Positions 40,189 to 48,894 of a stretch of DNA of 64,000 bases are shown here, one piece after another. The stretch is taken from NCBI GenBank assembly GCA_016708785.1, contig JADJFC010000006.1:185411-249410 (forward strand), in the 5' to 3' direction. Numbering within the stretch: the stretch's first letter is position 1; each line of letters starts with the position of its first letter. A program made the translations under genes and the position numbers. This DNA is from Bacteroidota bacterium. GTDB taxonomy: Bacteria; Bacteroidota; Bacteroidia; AKYH767-A; 2013-40CM-41-45. The notes under the pieces were generated by a model. That model was not told the origin of the DNA. It was given only the letters and a program-made list of their open reading frames with translations, and did no database searches.

Positions 40189-40452
40189 CTAACTGAATCT
40201 TCGACTCTCTGTAAAAACGGTCGGACCGGAACCATCACCCAGATAAACAGAATCCAGTCTTGGGCGATCGACATTCACAGACGATGTTTTTGTAAATGTT
40301 ACGATTGTAATTCTATACTTGTAATCAAATGAACTAGCACCTATCCATTCATAGGTAATCTCACCGGCACGATTATGTGTTGCATAACCTGATTTACCAA
40401 ATGCGATCAGAAAAAATAATAAAAGAAAGAAACGAAGTTGTTTCGTCCTCAT
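40189..40452 (-). pseudogene. N-terminal fragment (signal peptide + conserved ATHNRAGEITYEW start) of the CHU_C T9SS gene, separated from the main body by an apparent frameshift
   Basis: 87-aa ORF MRTKQLRFFLLLFFLIAFGKSGYATHNRAGEITYEWIG...YLGDGSGPTVFTE. In the main-body frame the sequence continues upstream of 40126 as ...ISKNTYKHVHTYAGNGRF, matching the conserved N-terminal block of this protein family. Joining them needs a 1-nt indel, probably in the A5 run at 40214-40218. Confidence 0.6.
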
Positions 40453-40461
40453 AGGATATGA

Positions 40462-41586
40462 TTAATAGTTTATAACTTGTTGTTCCATTACATCAGGCAT
40501 CTGGCGATGCTCATATTGTTGCGTTCTCAATTTAGGAATAAATCCGGCTTCACGAATCGCTTCCTGAATTCCATTGGAAGTAAAGCGATGTGGTGCACCT
40601 GCGGCAGACACTACATTCTCTTCTATCATGATCGATCCAAAATCGTTGGCTCCTGCATGCAAACAGATCTGCGCAATTTCCTTTCCTACAGTCAACCAGC
40701 TTGCCTGGATATTCTGAATGTTTGGCAACATGATCCGACTAATTGCAATGGTACGAATATAATCTTCGCCTGTCACTGTATTGTGAACACCTTTTATTCT
40801 ATTCAGCAAAGTACCTTCGTCCTGAAATGGCCAAGGAATAAATGCAATAAATCCTTTAGCATTTGCAGGCTTTTCACTTTGCACCTGGCGTAACCAAACA
40901 AGATGTTCAAAGCGTTCTGCAACTGTTTCTATATGACCAAACATCATCGTTGCTGATGTAGTTATATTCAATTGATGCGCGGCACGCATGACGTCAAGCC
41001 ATTCTCGTCCGGAACATTTTCCTTTAGAGATGAGGCGACGAACCCGGTCGTTCAAGATTTCTGCACCGGCTCCCGGCAATGAATCTAATCCGGCATCATG
41101 CAAAGTTCTCAGCACTTCTGTATGTGTACTTCCTGCTAGTTTAGTGATATGTGCAATTTCAGGGGGCCCAAGTGCATGAAGCTTCAATGTAGGAAAAAGC
41201 TTTTTCAATTCACGGAACAATCCTGCGTAATAATCTAAACCAAGATCGGGGTGATGACCACCTTGAAGAAGTAATTGCTCGCCACCGTAACGGAATGTTT
41301 CCTCGATTTTCCCCTTATATTGCTCAATTGTAGTTATATACGATTCAGCATGGCCCGGTATCCGGTAGAAATTGCAGAATTTGCAATTGGCGATACAAAC
41401 ATTTGTTGTATTCAGATTTCTGTCAATTATCCAGGTAACATTATTATCCGGATGCAAGACTTTTCTCATTCTGAATGCAACATCCATTAACTCGGCAGTA
41501 GGTACTGTTTCATAGAGAAACTGCCCCTCTTCTGCTGATAAAAAATCAAATTCTAGTGCTCTTTTTAAGAGTTGCTCTGAAACCAT
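40462..41586 (-). CDS. Radical SAM enzyme of the futalosine menaquinone pathway (MqnC/MqnE family)
   Basis: 374 aa. CxxxCxFC cluster motif CIANCKFCNF. The length and the C-terminal TIM-barrel extension are typical of MqnC/MqnE/CofH-type enzymes. MqnC versus MqnE cannot be resolved without alignment. Confidence 0.6.
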   Translation of the reverse strand: MVSEQLLKRALEFDFLSAEEGQFLYETVPTAELMDVAFRMRKVLHPDNNVTWIIDRNLNTTNVCIANCKFCNFYRIPGHAESYITTIEQYKGKIEETFRYGGEQLLLQGGHHPDLGLDYYAGLFRELKKLFPTLKLHALGPPEIAHITKLAGSTHTEVLRTLHDAGLDSLPGAGAEILNDRVRRLISKGKCSGREWLDVMRAAHQLNITTSATMMFGHIETVAERFEHLVWLRQVQSEKPANAKGFIAFIPWPFQDEGTLLNRIKGVHNTVTGEDYIRTIAISRIMLPNIQNIQASWLTVGKEIAQICLHAGANDFGSIMIEENVVSAAGAPHRFTSNGIQEAIREAGFIPKLRTQQYEHRQMPDVMEQQVINY

Positions 41587-41687
41587 ATTAATTGTGGAAA
41601 GTTCTGCCTAAACAGAGTATTCATTTCTTTTTTCGTTAGTTGAAAAATATTTTGCCTAATTTCCGCACTTCAAAAATACAACATTAT

Positions 41688-43121
41688 ATGCAGACCACAA
41701 TCCAATTAACACCTTCGTACAAAACTGCAGATTCCATCATTTTACTTCTGGATGACAAAGGAAGCGTCCCTTCCGGTCTTTTTTCAACCACAGAATCTGA
41801 ATTCATCAAAAACGAGCTTAAGGCCGACAAAAAGAGCATTGTAATCAATCAATACAAACGATTGATTTGCATCTATCAGCCTGATTACTCAAAAGATACC
41901 GATTCATTACTGGAACTTTGCCGTCGTATCGGCGATACCTTTCAAGGAGCTTTAAACCGCTCCAAAGAACGTCGTGTTGTGATTGCAGATCTGGGTGAAA
42001 ATCCAAACCTGGCTATGGCTGTAGCAGAAGGTGCCGCTTTGGGAAATTATCAGTTCCTAAAATATCGTGCAGGAAGAAAAAAAGAGGCTAATTCTCTTCG
42101 TGAAATTGCCATCAAAAGCAAAGGACTTCAGGCTGCACAAGTTCGCAACCTGCAGAATATGGTCGATGCAGTTTTACGTGCCCGTACTCTTGTCAATGAA
42201 CCTCAGAATTTCATTACTGCAACTCAACTTGCGAAAGAGTTTGTTGCAATGGGAAAAGAAGCCGGTTTCAAAGTGACGGTTTTCAATAAAGCAAAGATCA
42301 AATCACTGAAAATGGGTGGACTACTTGCCGTAAACAAAGGAAGTCAGCAACCACCGACATTTACAGTAATGGAATACAAACCAAAGAACGCTAAGAACAA
42401 AAAACCATTAGTTCTTATTGGTAAAGGCGTTGTTTATGATACAGGTGGATACAGTTTAAAGCCTACACCAAATTCAATGGATTACATGAAAAGTGATATG
42501 GCCGGTGGAGCTGCTGTTGGTTCAGCAATGTATGCCATTGCAAAATCGAAACTTCCCATCCATGTAGTTGCATTAGTTCCTGCAACCGACAACCGTGTTG
42601 CTGAAGATGCTTATACTCCCGGTGATGTGATCACAATGATGAGCGGACATACAGTTGAAGTTTTGAATACAGATGCAGAAGGTCGTTTGATTCTTGCTGA
42701 TGCATTACACTATGCTAAAAAATACAAGCCTGAACTGGTTTTAGATTTCGCCACACTTACCGGAGCTGCCGCTGCTGCTGTTGGTTCTTTCGGAATCGTA
42801 TGTATGGGAACTCCTACTGACGAACAGAGAATAAAATTAAACAAAAGCGCTAATCGCGTATACGAACGTCTTGCTGAATTCCCATTCTGGGATGAGTACG
42901 ATGATCTGATCAAATCGGATATTGCAGATATGAAAAATATCGGCGGACCAACTGGTGGAGCAATCACTGCCGGAAAATTCCTTCAACGTTATGTCGATTA
43001 TCCTTGGATGCACTTCGATATCGCAGGACCTTCTTACTTACACTCTCCATCAAGTTACAGAGGAAAAGGCGGAACCGGTGTTGGAGTGAGATTCTTGTTT
43101 GACTTTGCTCAGTCGCGATAG
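41688..43121 (+). CDS. pepA: Leucyl aminopeptidase, M17 family
   Basis: NTDAEGRL signature. Catalytic Lys/Asp/Glu block VGKGVVYDTGGYSLKP. An alternative upstream ATG at 41640 adds 16 residues. Confidence 0.85.
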   Translation: MQTTIQLTPSYKTADSIILLLDDKGSVPSGLFSTTESEFIKNELKADKKSIVINQYKRLICIYQPDYSKDTDSLLELCRRIGDTFQGALNRSKERRVVIADLGENPNLAMAVAEGAALGNYQFLKYRAGRKKEANSLREIAIKSKGLQAAQVRNLQNMVDAVLRARTLVNEPQNFITATQLAKEFVAMGKEAGFKVTVFNKAKIKSLKMGGLLAVNKGSQQPPTFTVMEYKPKNAKNKKPLVLIGKGVVYDTGGYSLKPTPNSMDYMKSDMAGGAAVGSAMYAIAKSKLPIHVVALVPATDNRVAEDAYTPGDVITMMSGHTVEVLNTDAEGRLILADALHYAKKYKPELVLDFATLTGAAAAAVGSFGIVCMGTPTDEQRIKLNKSANRVYERLAEFPFWDEYDDLIKSDIADMKNIGGPTGGAITAGKFLQRYVDYPWMHFDIAGPSYLHSPSSYRGKGGTGVGVRFLFDFAQSR

Positions 43122-43166
43122 TTGTCAGTTTGAAACGCTGCGCGTTTTTTAAACACGAAGTTCATT

Positions 43167-43232
43167 AAAATTTTAGCCACGAATACACGAATAAAAAAAT
43201 AATTTATTCGTGAATTCGTGGCTAAAATTTTA
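43167..43232. terminator. Bidirectional terminator hairpin between convergent pepA and pdxA
   Basis: AAAATTTTAGCCACGAATACACGAATAAA / 8 nt / TTTATTCGTGAATTCGTGGCTAAAATTTT. About 27-bp stem with one mismatch. A/T runs flank it on both sides. Confidence 0.7.
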
Positions 43233-43247
43233 GCGGACTCACGATTT

Positions 43248-44339
43248 CTAACGATCGCTCGTCTGCTTTGAAAAAGCCAGAGGCTTCGCATTAATGGTAT
43301 CGTACTCTTCGCGTTTGGCGAGGATGTCGATAGCTGTATAAATTGCTTCGCGGAAAGAATCTTCGTTTGCTTCTCCTTTACCTGCGATATCGTAAGCTGT
43401 TCCGTGATCAGGAGACGTGCGAACGATTGGTAATCCGGCTGTGAAATTTACACCGCTTGAAAAATTCAGTGCTTTGAAAGGAACTAATCCCTGGTCGTGG
43501 TACATGGCAAGAACTGCATCGAATTTACGATGTGTTCCCGATCCGAAAAATCCATCGGCAGAATAAGGACCATACACAAAAATATTTTCGTCAAAACATT
43601 TCTTCACTGCAGGAATGATAATGTCTTTTTCTTCTTTGCCAATTAGTCCATCGTCGCCTGCATGCGGATTTAATCCGAGTACAGCGATCTTTGGCTTACG
43701 AATACCGAAGTCGCGTTTCAATGATGCATTGATCAGTTTGATTTTCTTGGTGATCTTTTCGATCGTGAGTGTTGCTGCAACATCTTTTACCGGAATATGT
43801 CCGGAAACAACTGCAACTTTCAAATTCTCACTCACTAAAAACATGAGGTAATCAGGTGAGTTAAATTCTTCTGCGAGATATTCTGTGTGACCGTTAAATC
43901 TGAATTGATCAGATTGAATATTGCTTTTGTTGATTGGCGCAGTAACAAGTACATCGATCTTTTTATCTTTCAGATCGGCAACTGCATGTTGTAATGAAAG
44001 CAATGCATACTTTCCGCCATCAGCATTTACCTGACCGAATTCTACATGCACATCTTCTTCCCAGCAATTGATCACATTTGTTTTTCGCAAAATGACTTCT
44101 GAAGAATTTTTTACTGTCAGATATTGAAAATCGTTTAAGTTCAAATGCTTTCTATGCAATGAAACCATTTTGTTACTTGCATAGATAACAGGAGTGCATA
44201 CCTGATGCATACGGCTGTCGAAGAAGGTTTTGATGATGACTTCCAATCCAACTCCATTCGTATCGCCGCAGCTGATACCAACTCTGATTCTGCCTTCCTG
44301 CTCTTGATGACTCATAGTAACTTTTGATCTAGGGTGCAA
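43248..44339 (-). CDS. pdxA: 4-hydroxythreonine-4-phosphate dehydrogenase
   Basis: N-terminal IRVGISCGDTNGVGLEVIIK. His/Asp metal-site segments (GHTEYL, NPHAGD, AMYHDQGL). A likelier start is the internal ATG at 44315 (MSHQEQ...). Confidence 0.85.
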   Translation of the reverse strand: MHPRSKVTMSHQEQEGRIRVGISCGDTNGVGLEVIIKTFFDSRMHQVCTPVIYASNKMVSLHRKHLNLNDFQYLTVKNSSEVILRKTNVINCWEEDVHVEFGQVNADGGKYALLSLQHAVADLKDKKIDVLVTAPINKSNIQSDQFRFNGHTEYLAEEFNSPDYLMFLVSENLKVAVVSGHIPVKDVAATLTIEKITKKIKLINASLKRDFGIRKPKIAVLGLNPHAGDDGLIGKEEKDIIIPAVKKCFDENIFVYGPYSADGFFGSGTHRKFDAVLAMYHDQGLVPFKALNFSSGVNFTAGLPIVRTSPDHGTAYDIAGKGEANEDSFREAIYTAIDILAKREEYDTINAKPLAFSKQTSDR

Positions 44340-44400
44340 ACATACCTTTTCGGGGTGACAAATTCAATGGAAATTACGCCCGAATGTGTTTGGAATTGTT

Positions 44401-44446
44401 ATTTCCCGCAGAATTGCGCGGAATACGCAGAATAGCCGCAGAAAAA
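44401..44446. repeat. Family B repeat, direct orientation
   Basis: ATTTCCCGCAGAATTGCGCGGAATACGCAGAATAGCCGCAGAAAAAC. It abuts the stop of the downstream esterase gene. Confidence 0.85.
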
Positions 44447-45700
44447 CTAATTCTTGATAAACTTTCGTACTTCAGTTTTATCTTTGGTTTGAATGGAAAC
44501 AAAATAGGTTCCACTCGAAAGTGAAGATAGATCAATTTTAGTTTTTGGTTCAGAAATGTTCAATAGCAACAATTCCTTTCCTGAAATATCATTGATTCTG
44601 ATTTTATCAATTTTACCTACATTATTTTTCAATGCAATACATAGTTCCGTTGAAACGGGGTTGGGATAAATTTCAAATGAACGTTCTATCTCACTTACTG
44701 TTGTATTCAAATTGAAAGTATTCGGCAATGGTTCAGGATCAGAAGGAGTGCAACCAAGTTGTGTGAATAAGAAATTACTTACGAAGCGGACTGTGGTGTC
44801 CATATATGCAACGTTAGAATAATATGGAACATGTCCAGCACCGAAATAGGTATACATCTGATTGGTTTGCCCAATTGAATCTCCATAGGCGGCAATGGAA
44901 TAACTTCCATCCACTTGCATAATTGGGAAAATGCCAAGTAGATTAATTACATCTGTTGCATAAGGAACAACATCATCAATGGTTCCGTGCATAGACACAA
45001 AAGGAACATCCGTAATTTTTACCAACGTCTTATTGCCCAAAGCACCACAAAGATTTACGACAGCATTTACATCTGATGAGTAACCACTGTTTCCGCTATT
45101 CCCTTCCAGATCGCCTAAAATACTAGTGTCTATTGTCGCAGGCAATTCACTATATTCATTGAGGTATGCAAGATGTAATGCTGTAAATGCACCGGCAGAA
45201 CTTCCGCCTGCATAGATAATATTTGGATCGATCTGATAATCATTTGTTGTTGCAGCGTCTTTTCTGAAAAAACGTATTGCCGCTTTCATATCCTGAACAG
45301 CTCTGTAGACAGTAGCTGTTGTATTAGCTTCATTATACGGGAATGCAATTCCTAATCTGTAATTGATCGTAGCGCAAACATATCCGCGTTTTGCAAAATG
45401 TTCGCAAAGTTGTTGAACATCCAGATCATTTTTTGTTCCGCTTAAAAAACTGCCGCCATGAGCCCAAACAATCAATGGACGCGCAGCCATTGTATCGCCT
45501 TGCGGCTGATAAATATCCATTGTTAAAATAGTATTCACTCCATTGTAATCGAGATTCGCACCGAAGACTACATCATTCGTTGTATCTAAACTTGAAAAAA
45601 CTTCTGTATCGAATCGTGCTGACGAACAATCGACAAGTTGCGCACTCGATGTAAAATATCCTGAAAACAATATGGTGATAAGCGTAACGATTTTTTTCAT
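44447..45700 (-). CDS. T9SS-secreted alpha/beta-hydrolase (esterase/lipase-like) with type-A CTD
   Basis: 417 aa. Signal peptide. HGGSF oxyanion-hole region and GGSSAG nucleophile elbow (GxSxG). C-terminal IYPNPVSTELCIAL...GTYFVSIQ CTD. Paralog of 47218-48774. Confidence 0.75.
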   Translation of the reverse strand: MKKIVTLITILFSGYFTSSAQLVDCSSARFDTEVFSSLDTTNDVVFGANLDYNGVNTILTMDIYQPQGDTMAARPLIVWAHGGSFLSGTKNDLDVQQLCEHFAKRGYVCATINYRLGIAFPYNEANTTATVYRAVQDMKAAIRFFRKDAATTNDYQIDPNIIYAGGSSAGAFTALHLAYLNEYSELPATIDTSILGDLEGNSGNSGYSSDVNAVVNLCGALGNKTLVKITDVPFVSMHGTIDDVVPYATDVINLLGIFPIMQVDGSYSIAAYGDSIGQTNQMYTYFGAGHVPYYSNVAYMDTTVRFVSNFLFTQLGCTPSDPEPLPNTFNLNTTVSEIERSFEIYPNPVSTELCIALKNNVGKIDKIRINDISGKELLLLNISEPKTKIDLSSLSSGTYFVSIQTKDKTEVRKFIKN

Positions 45701-46050
45701 GGTGTGGAGAATTTGGATGAAGATATGTTTTTTCCGTTATATAACAATACATCAGAAAATTCGCAAAAAAAATCCGTGGTCCTTTAGTTTGTATCGGCTA
45801 TTTGATTTTAGAAGAATACAATTACAAGGACCTTTAAAATGGAATTAAAAAGTATTGTAATTTGTGAATAAGTTAACCACATCAACAGGGGAACTTCATC
45901 CGTGGAAGAGGTTTTGAAGCCTATAAGGAGATTGACCCCCCTGTTGCTGTGACTAAAGCAAACTCAAATAGAAATTGAGACATTAAAGTCTATTATCAAG
46001 GGCTTGAGTATACTTTAGTTGTGGTTAATGATACATCTAAAACAAATTTA

Positions 46051-47057
46051 CATGAAAAACATTACCAACACATTCTTGGGATTGATGTTTCAAAAAAACA
46101 TTGGATCTTTCCTTGGTCATCGCCGGGACAAACAAAACGTTGTCTATGAACAGTTTGAAAACAATGCAAAATCGATTCGTCGAATTGGTTTGTGGTTAAA
46201 AAAGTACAATATTGAATGGGATCGGGTATTGGTCTGTATGGAATTCACAGGAATTTATAATCGCCCAATGCTGCAATTTTGCACGCTTAAAAAAATTGCA
46301 GTTTGGATGATCATGCCAATTGAGATCATTCGTTCGATGGAATTCAAAGAGGGAAAAACGATAAAATAGATTCTAAAAAAATAGCTATGTATGCAATTCT
46401 GCATCATGACAAAATAAAAGTATGGCAGCCGGTGTCAAAGAATATAGTCTTGTTAAAGGATCTTCTCGCATTACGTCAGAGATTGATCAAGGTCAGCAAA
46501 ATATTATTGCAACCGATAAATGAATTGAAAGCTATAAAAGATAAAGTTGCAGCAAAGAAACCAAAGTACATTGTAAATCGAGCATTGAGCAGCTCAAGAA
46601 GGAGCTTCACAAAACAGAAGCAAGAATAAAAGATTATAACAGAGGATGAAGTATTGCAAAAAAATTACAACCTGTTGCTAACTATCGGAATTGGGGCTTA
46701 TACAGCCTTAGATTTAGTCTGCTACACAAATAACTCGAATACTACCAAGAGGCTAAACAATTGGCTTGCTACGCTGGAACCGCTCCATTTGAACACTCCT
46801 CAGGAACTAGTGTTCGAGGAAAAACAAGAGTAAGTAAAATGGCTAACCAAAGTCTAAAGACCAACTTAACTTTAGGGGCTGGTCTGTAATAAGAACAAAG
46901 GGGTTCTTGAGAAAATACTATGAAAGGAAACTTGACAAGGGAAGGCAAAAATGTTAGTAGTAAATGCTGTTCGGAATAAACTATTACATATTGCTAGCGC
47001 GGTAATTAGAAATCAAATGCCGTTCGATAGGAATTATTCTAGCCCATTGGCTAGTTA
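46051..47057 (+). mobile_element. Decayed IS110-family transposase gene (multiple frameshifts/stops), remnant insertion sequence
   Basis: Three-frame reading reconstructs MKNITNTFLGIDVSKKTLDLSLVIAGTNKT... / ...FENNAKSIRRIGLWLKKYNIEWDRVLVCMEFTGIYNRPMLQF... / ...IPGVGLYTALDLVCYTNNSNTTKRLNNWLATLEPLHLNTPQELVFEEKQE... (frame-equivalent of ...LACYAGTAPFEHSSGTSVRGKTRVSKMANQSLKTNLTLGAG...), and VVNAVRNKLLHIASAVIRNQMPF. This covers the DEDD N-terminal domain and C-terminal domain of IS110/IS1111-type transposases. ORF-track entries 46019-46369 and 46387-46629 are fragments of it. Confidence 0.75.
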
Positions 47058-47096
47058 ATTAAAAAAACGCTGGGGTATTGTTTTATAACATAGAAA

Positions 47097-47159
47097 TCTC
47101 CTTGTGAACTTGTGATCTACGTGTTTAAAAAACACAAAGTACACAAGTTCACAAGGAGA
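47097..47159. repeat. Family G hairpin (GTGAACTTGTG words) downstream of the IS110 remnant
   Basis: TCTCCTTGTGAACTTGTG / 27-nt loop with an inner GTGTTT-AAACAC stem / CACAAGTTCACAAGGAGA, followed by CCACGGAATATTGAG as in the 27524-27610 copy. Confidence 0.8.
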
Positions 47160-47217
47160 CCACGGAATATTGAGGGATGCAATTCGAATTACGAATTACG
47201 AATCTCTATTCACAGTA

Positions 47218-48774
47218 TTATTGCATCGAAACTCGTTTGCTAACGATTCCTTTATCAGTAGTAACGCGAACAATATAGATTCCATTGCTAAGATTTCCTC
47301 TCAGGAACGTTGATGATGATCCAGACAAATTATCTTTCTTCCAGATCGATCTTCCTGTGATATCAGAAAGTTCTACTGTTTTAATAGTCAGATTTGTTCC
47401 GTCTGCTGAAACAGTGAATTGAGAAGTTGAAGGGTTTGGATAAACCGCAACAATTTTATTCAATATTGATTCAGAGATTCCATCAGGAAGTCCTAAACAA
47501 TAAACGATACGTGGATTTACATAGTTTTGAATTGTATCGATATATGCTAATGCTTTCGCTTTAGACATATCAGGATTAGTTCCTAAACCGTTCATATAAG
47601 CTTGAGTTCCTGCAGAAGCTGAAAGACCTACTGCTTGAGCATAAACTGTCAAAGCAGTTGAATCATACCACTCCCAAGGACCGGCTTCGCCCGGTGCAAA
47701 TGGAGGTGTTGGACGAAGGAATGGGAATAGTCCATCTTCACCGCCATTATTATTATTCGCTGCCAATGTATATGGATCTGTGAAGCCAGCTAAATTGAAG
47801 CAAGCATTATTACCTAATAAATTTGATTTTGTGATCACAGTTTGGCTACCACTTACATCAACAACGAATTGAGGAGGTGTTGTTGGCACGTAAACCGGAC
47901 CATCTCCATAAGGAGCAAATGGATCGTTTGTAACATGGAATGCAACCATTGGAGCATCACCTGCTTCTAACCAAGAACTATCACCTAGTGCACCACCCAT
48001 GTTCAATACGAAACGAATGTTTGAGCTAAATCCAACGTGATTGTTTGGGTTATTAAATTGTGGAAGTCCACCGTAACCATCGAAATCACCTAATATAGCT
48101 TGATTCACATATGGCTGACCGATTTGGAAACCATAAGTTGCATTGTTAGTATTCGATAAGAATTTCGGAAGTTGAATTTCTGACGGCTTGTCTAATGTTG
48201 CATAAGCCATTGCAATGTATCCACCTGTACCTTGTCCTGCAAGTATGATATTATTCGTATCAACTGCATATGTATTTCCTGTATTCGAAACATCTTCGTA
48301 GAAAAAACGAACACAAACTTTTGCATCTTGAATTGCACGATACACGGCTTGTAATAAAGTTCCTGTACGTACATCCTGATCAGGATCTGTTGGAACCCAA
48401 CCTTGACGGTATGTTGCATTTGCTACTACATAACCGCGACGAGCAAATTGAGTACACATTTCTACAGCTGCAGAATCACTTTTTCCTCCTGTAGGATTTT
48501 GGTTAAACACAGCTGGGACAAAACTTCCTGTGTGAAGATAAACGATCAGCGGCCGAATTGGCTCAACATCACCAACTGGCTGATAGATATCCATTTTAAG
48601 ATCCTGTGCAGTTGGTGTTCCTGTAGGGAAAATGGTAATGTTGTTTCCGTAAGTTACGTTTGGTGTTACTGATACATCAGAAAACACTTCTGATAAATAA
48701 CGTTGGGCATTCATAGTTTGCGCAGTGAAAAGCGCAAATGCCAACATCGATAGTTTTAGTAGATTTTTTTTCAT
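47218..48774 (-). CDS. T9SS-secreted alpha/beta-hydrolase (esterase-like) paralog with type-A CTD
   Basis: 518 aa. Signal peptide ending NAQ. Core collinear with 44447-45700 (LHTGSF, RRGYVVANATYRQG, GQGTGG). C-terminus VYPNPSTSQFTVSA...GIYIVRVTTDKG CTD. Confidence 0.75.
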   Translation of the reverse strand: MKKNLLKLSMLAFALFTAQTMNAQRYLSEVFSDVSVTPNVTYGNNITIFPTGTPTAQDLKMDIYQPVGDVEPIRPLIVYLHTGSFVPAVFNQNPTGGKSDSAAVEMCTQFARRGYVVANATYRQGWVPTDPDQDVRTGTLLQAVYRAIQDAKVCVRFFYEDVSNTGNTYAVDTNNIILAGQGTGGYIAMAYATLDKPSEIQLPKFLSNTNNATYGFQIGQPYVNQAILGDFDGYGGLPQFNNPNNHVGFSSNIRFVLNMGGALGDSSWLEAGDAPMVAFHVTNDPFAPYGDGPVYVPTTPPQFVVDVSGSQTVITKSNLLGNNACFNLAGFTDPYTLAANNNNGGEDGLFPFLRPTPPFAPGEAGPWEWYDSTALTVYAQAVGLSASAGTQAYMNGLGTNPDMSKAKALAYIDTIQNYVNPRIVYCLGLPDGISESILNKIVAVYPNPSTSQFTVSADGTNLTIKTVELSDITGRSIWKKDNLSGSSSTFLRGNLSNGIYIVRVTTDKGIVSKRVSMQ

Positions 48775-48844
48775 AGTCAGATTTTTGGTGTCGTAAAATT
48801 AAACAAAAAATAATGATAAAAAACATGATTAATATAATCATTCT

Positions 48845-48876
48845 ACAAAAAAGGCCCCAAATTTTGGAGCCTTTGA
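48845..48876 (-). terminator. Rho-independent terminator of the TonB-dependent receptor gene
   Basis: Minus strand CAAAGGCTCCAAAATTTGGGGCCTTTTTTG. 11-bp stem with one mismatch and a T6 run. Confidence 0.65.
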
Positions 48877-48894
48877 ACCTTACATAATTCCAGC

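Noticed and set aside
45780-45990. Possible tRNA or ncRNA in the 350-bp gene-free stretch upstream of the IS110 remnant
   Set aside because: It contains a 9-bp inverted repeat (CAACAGGGG...CCCCTGTTG), but no T-loop or anticodon-arm pattern typical of tRNAs could be identified. It is more likely the left end region of the decayed IS.
46019-46629. ORF-track ORFs 46019-46369 and 46387-46629 as independent small genes
   Set aside because: Both are frame fragments of one IS110-family transposase whose remaining parts are readable in the other frames between 46051 and 47057.
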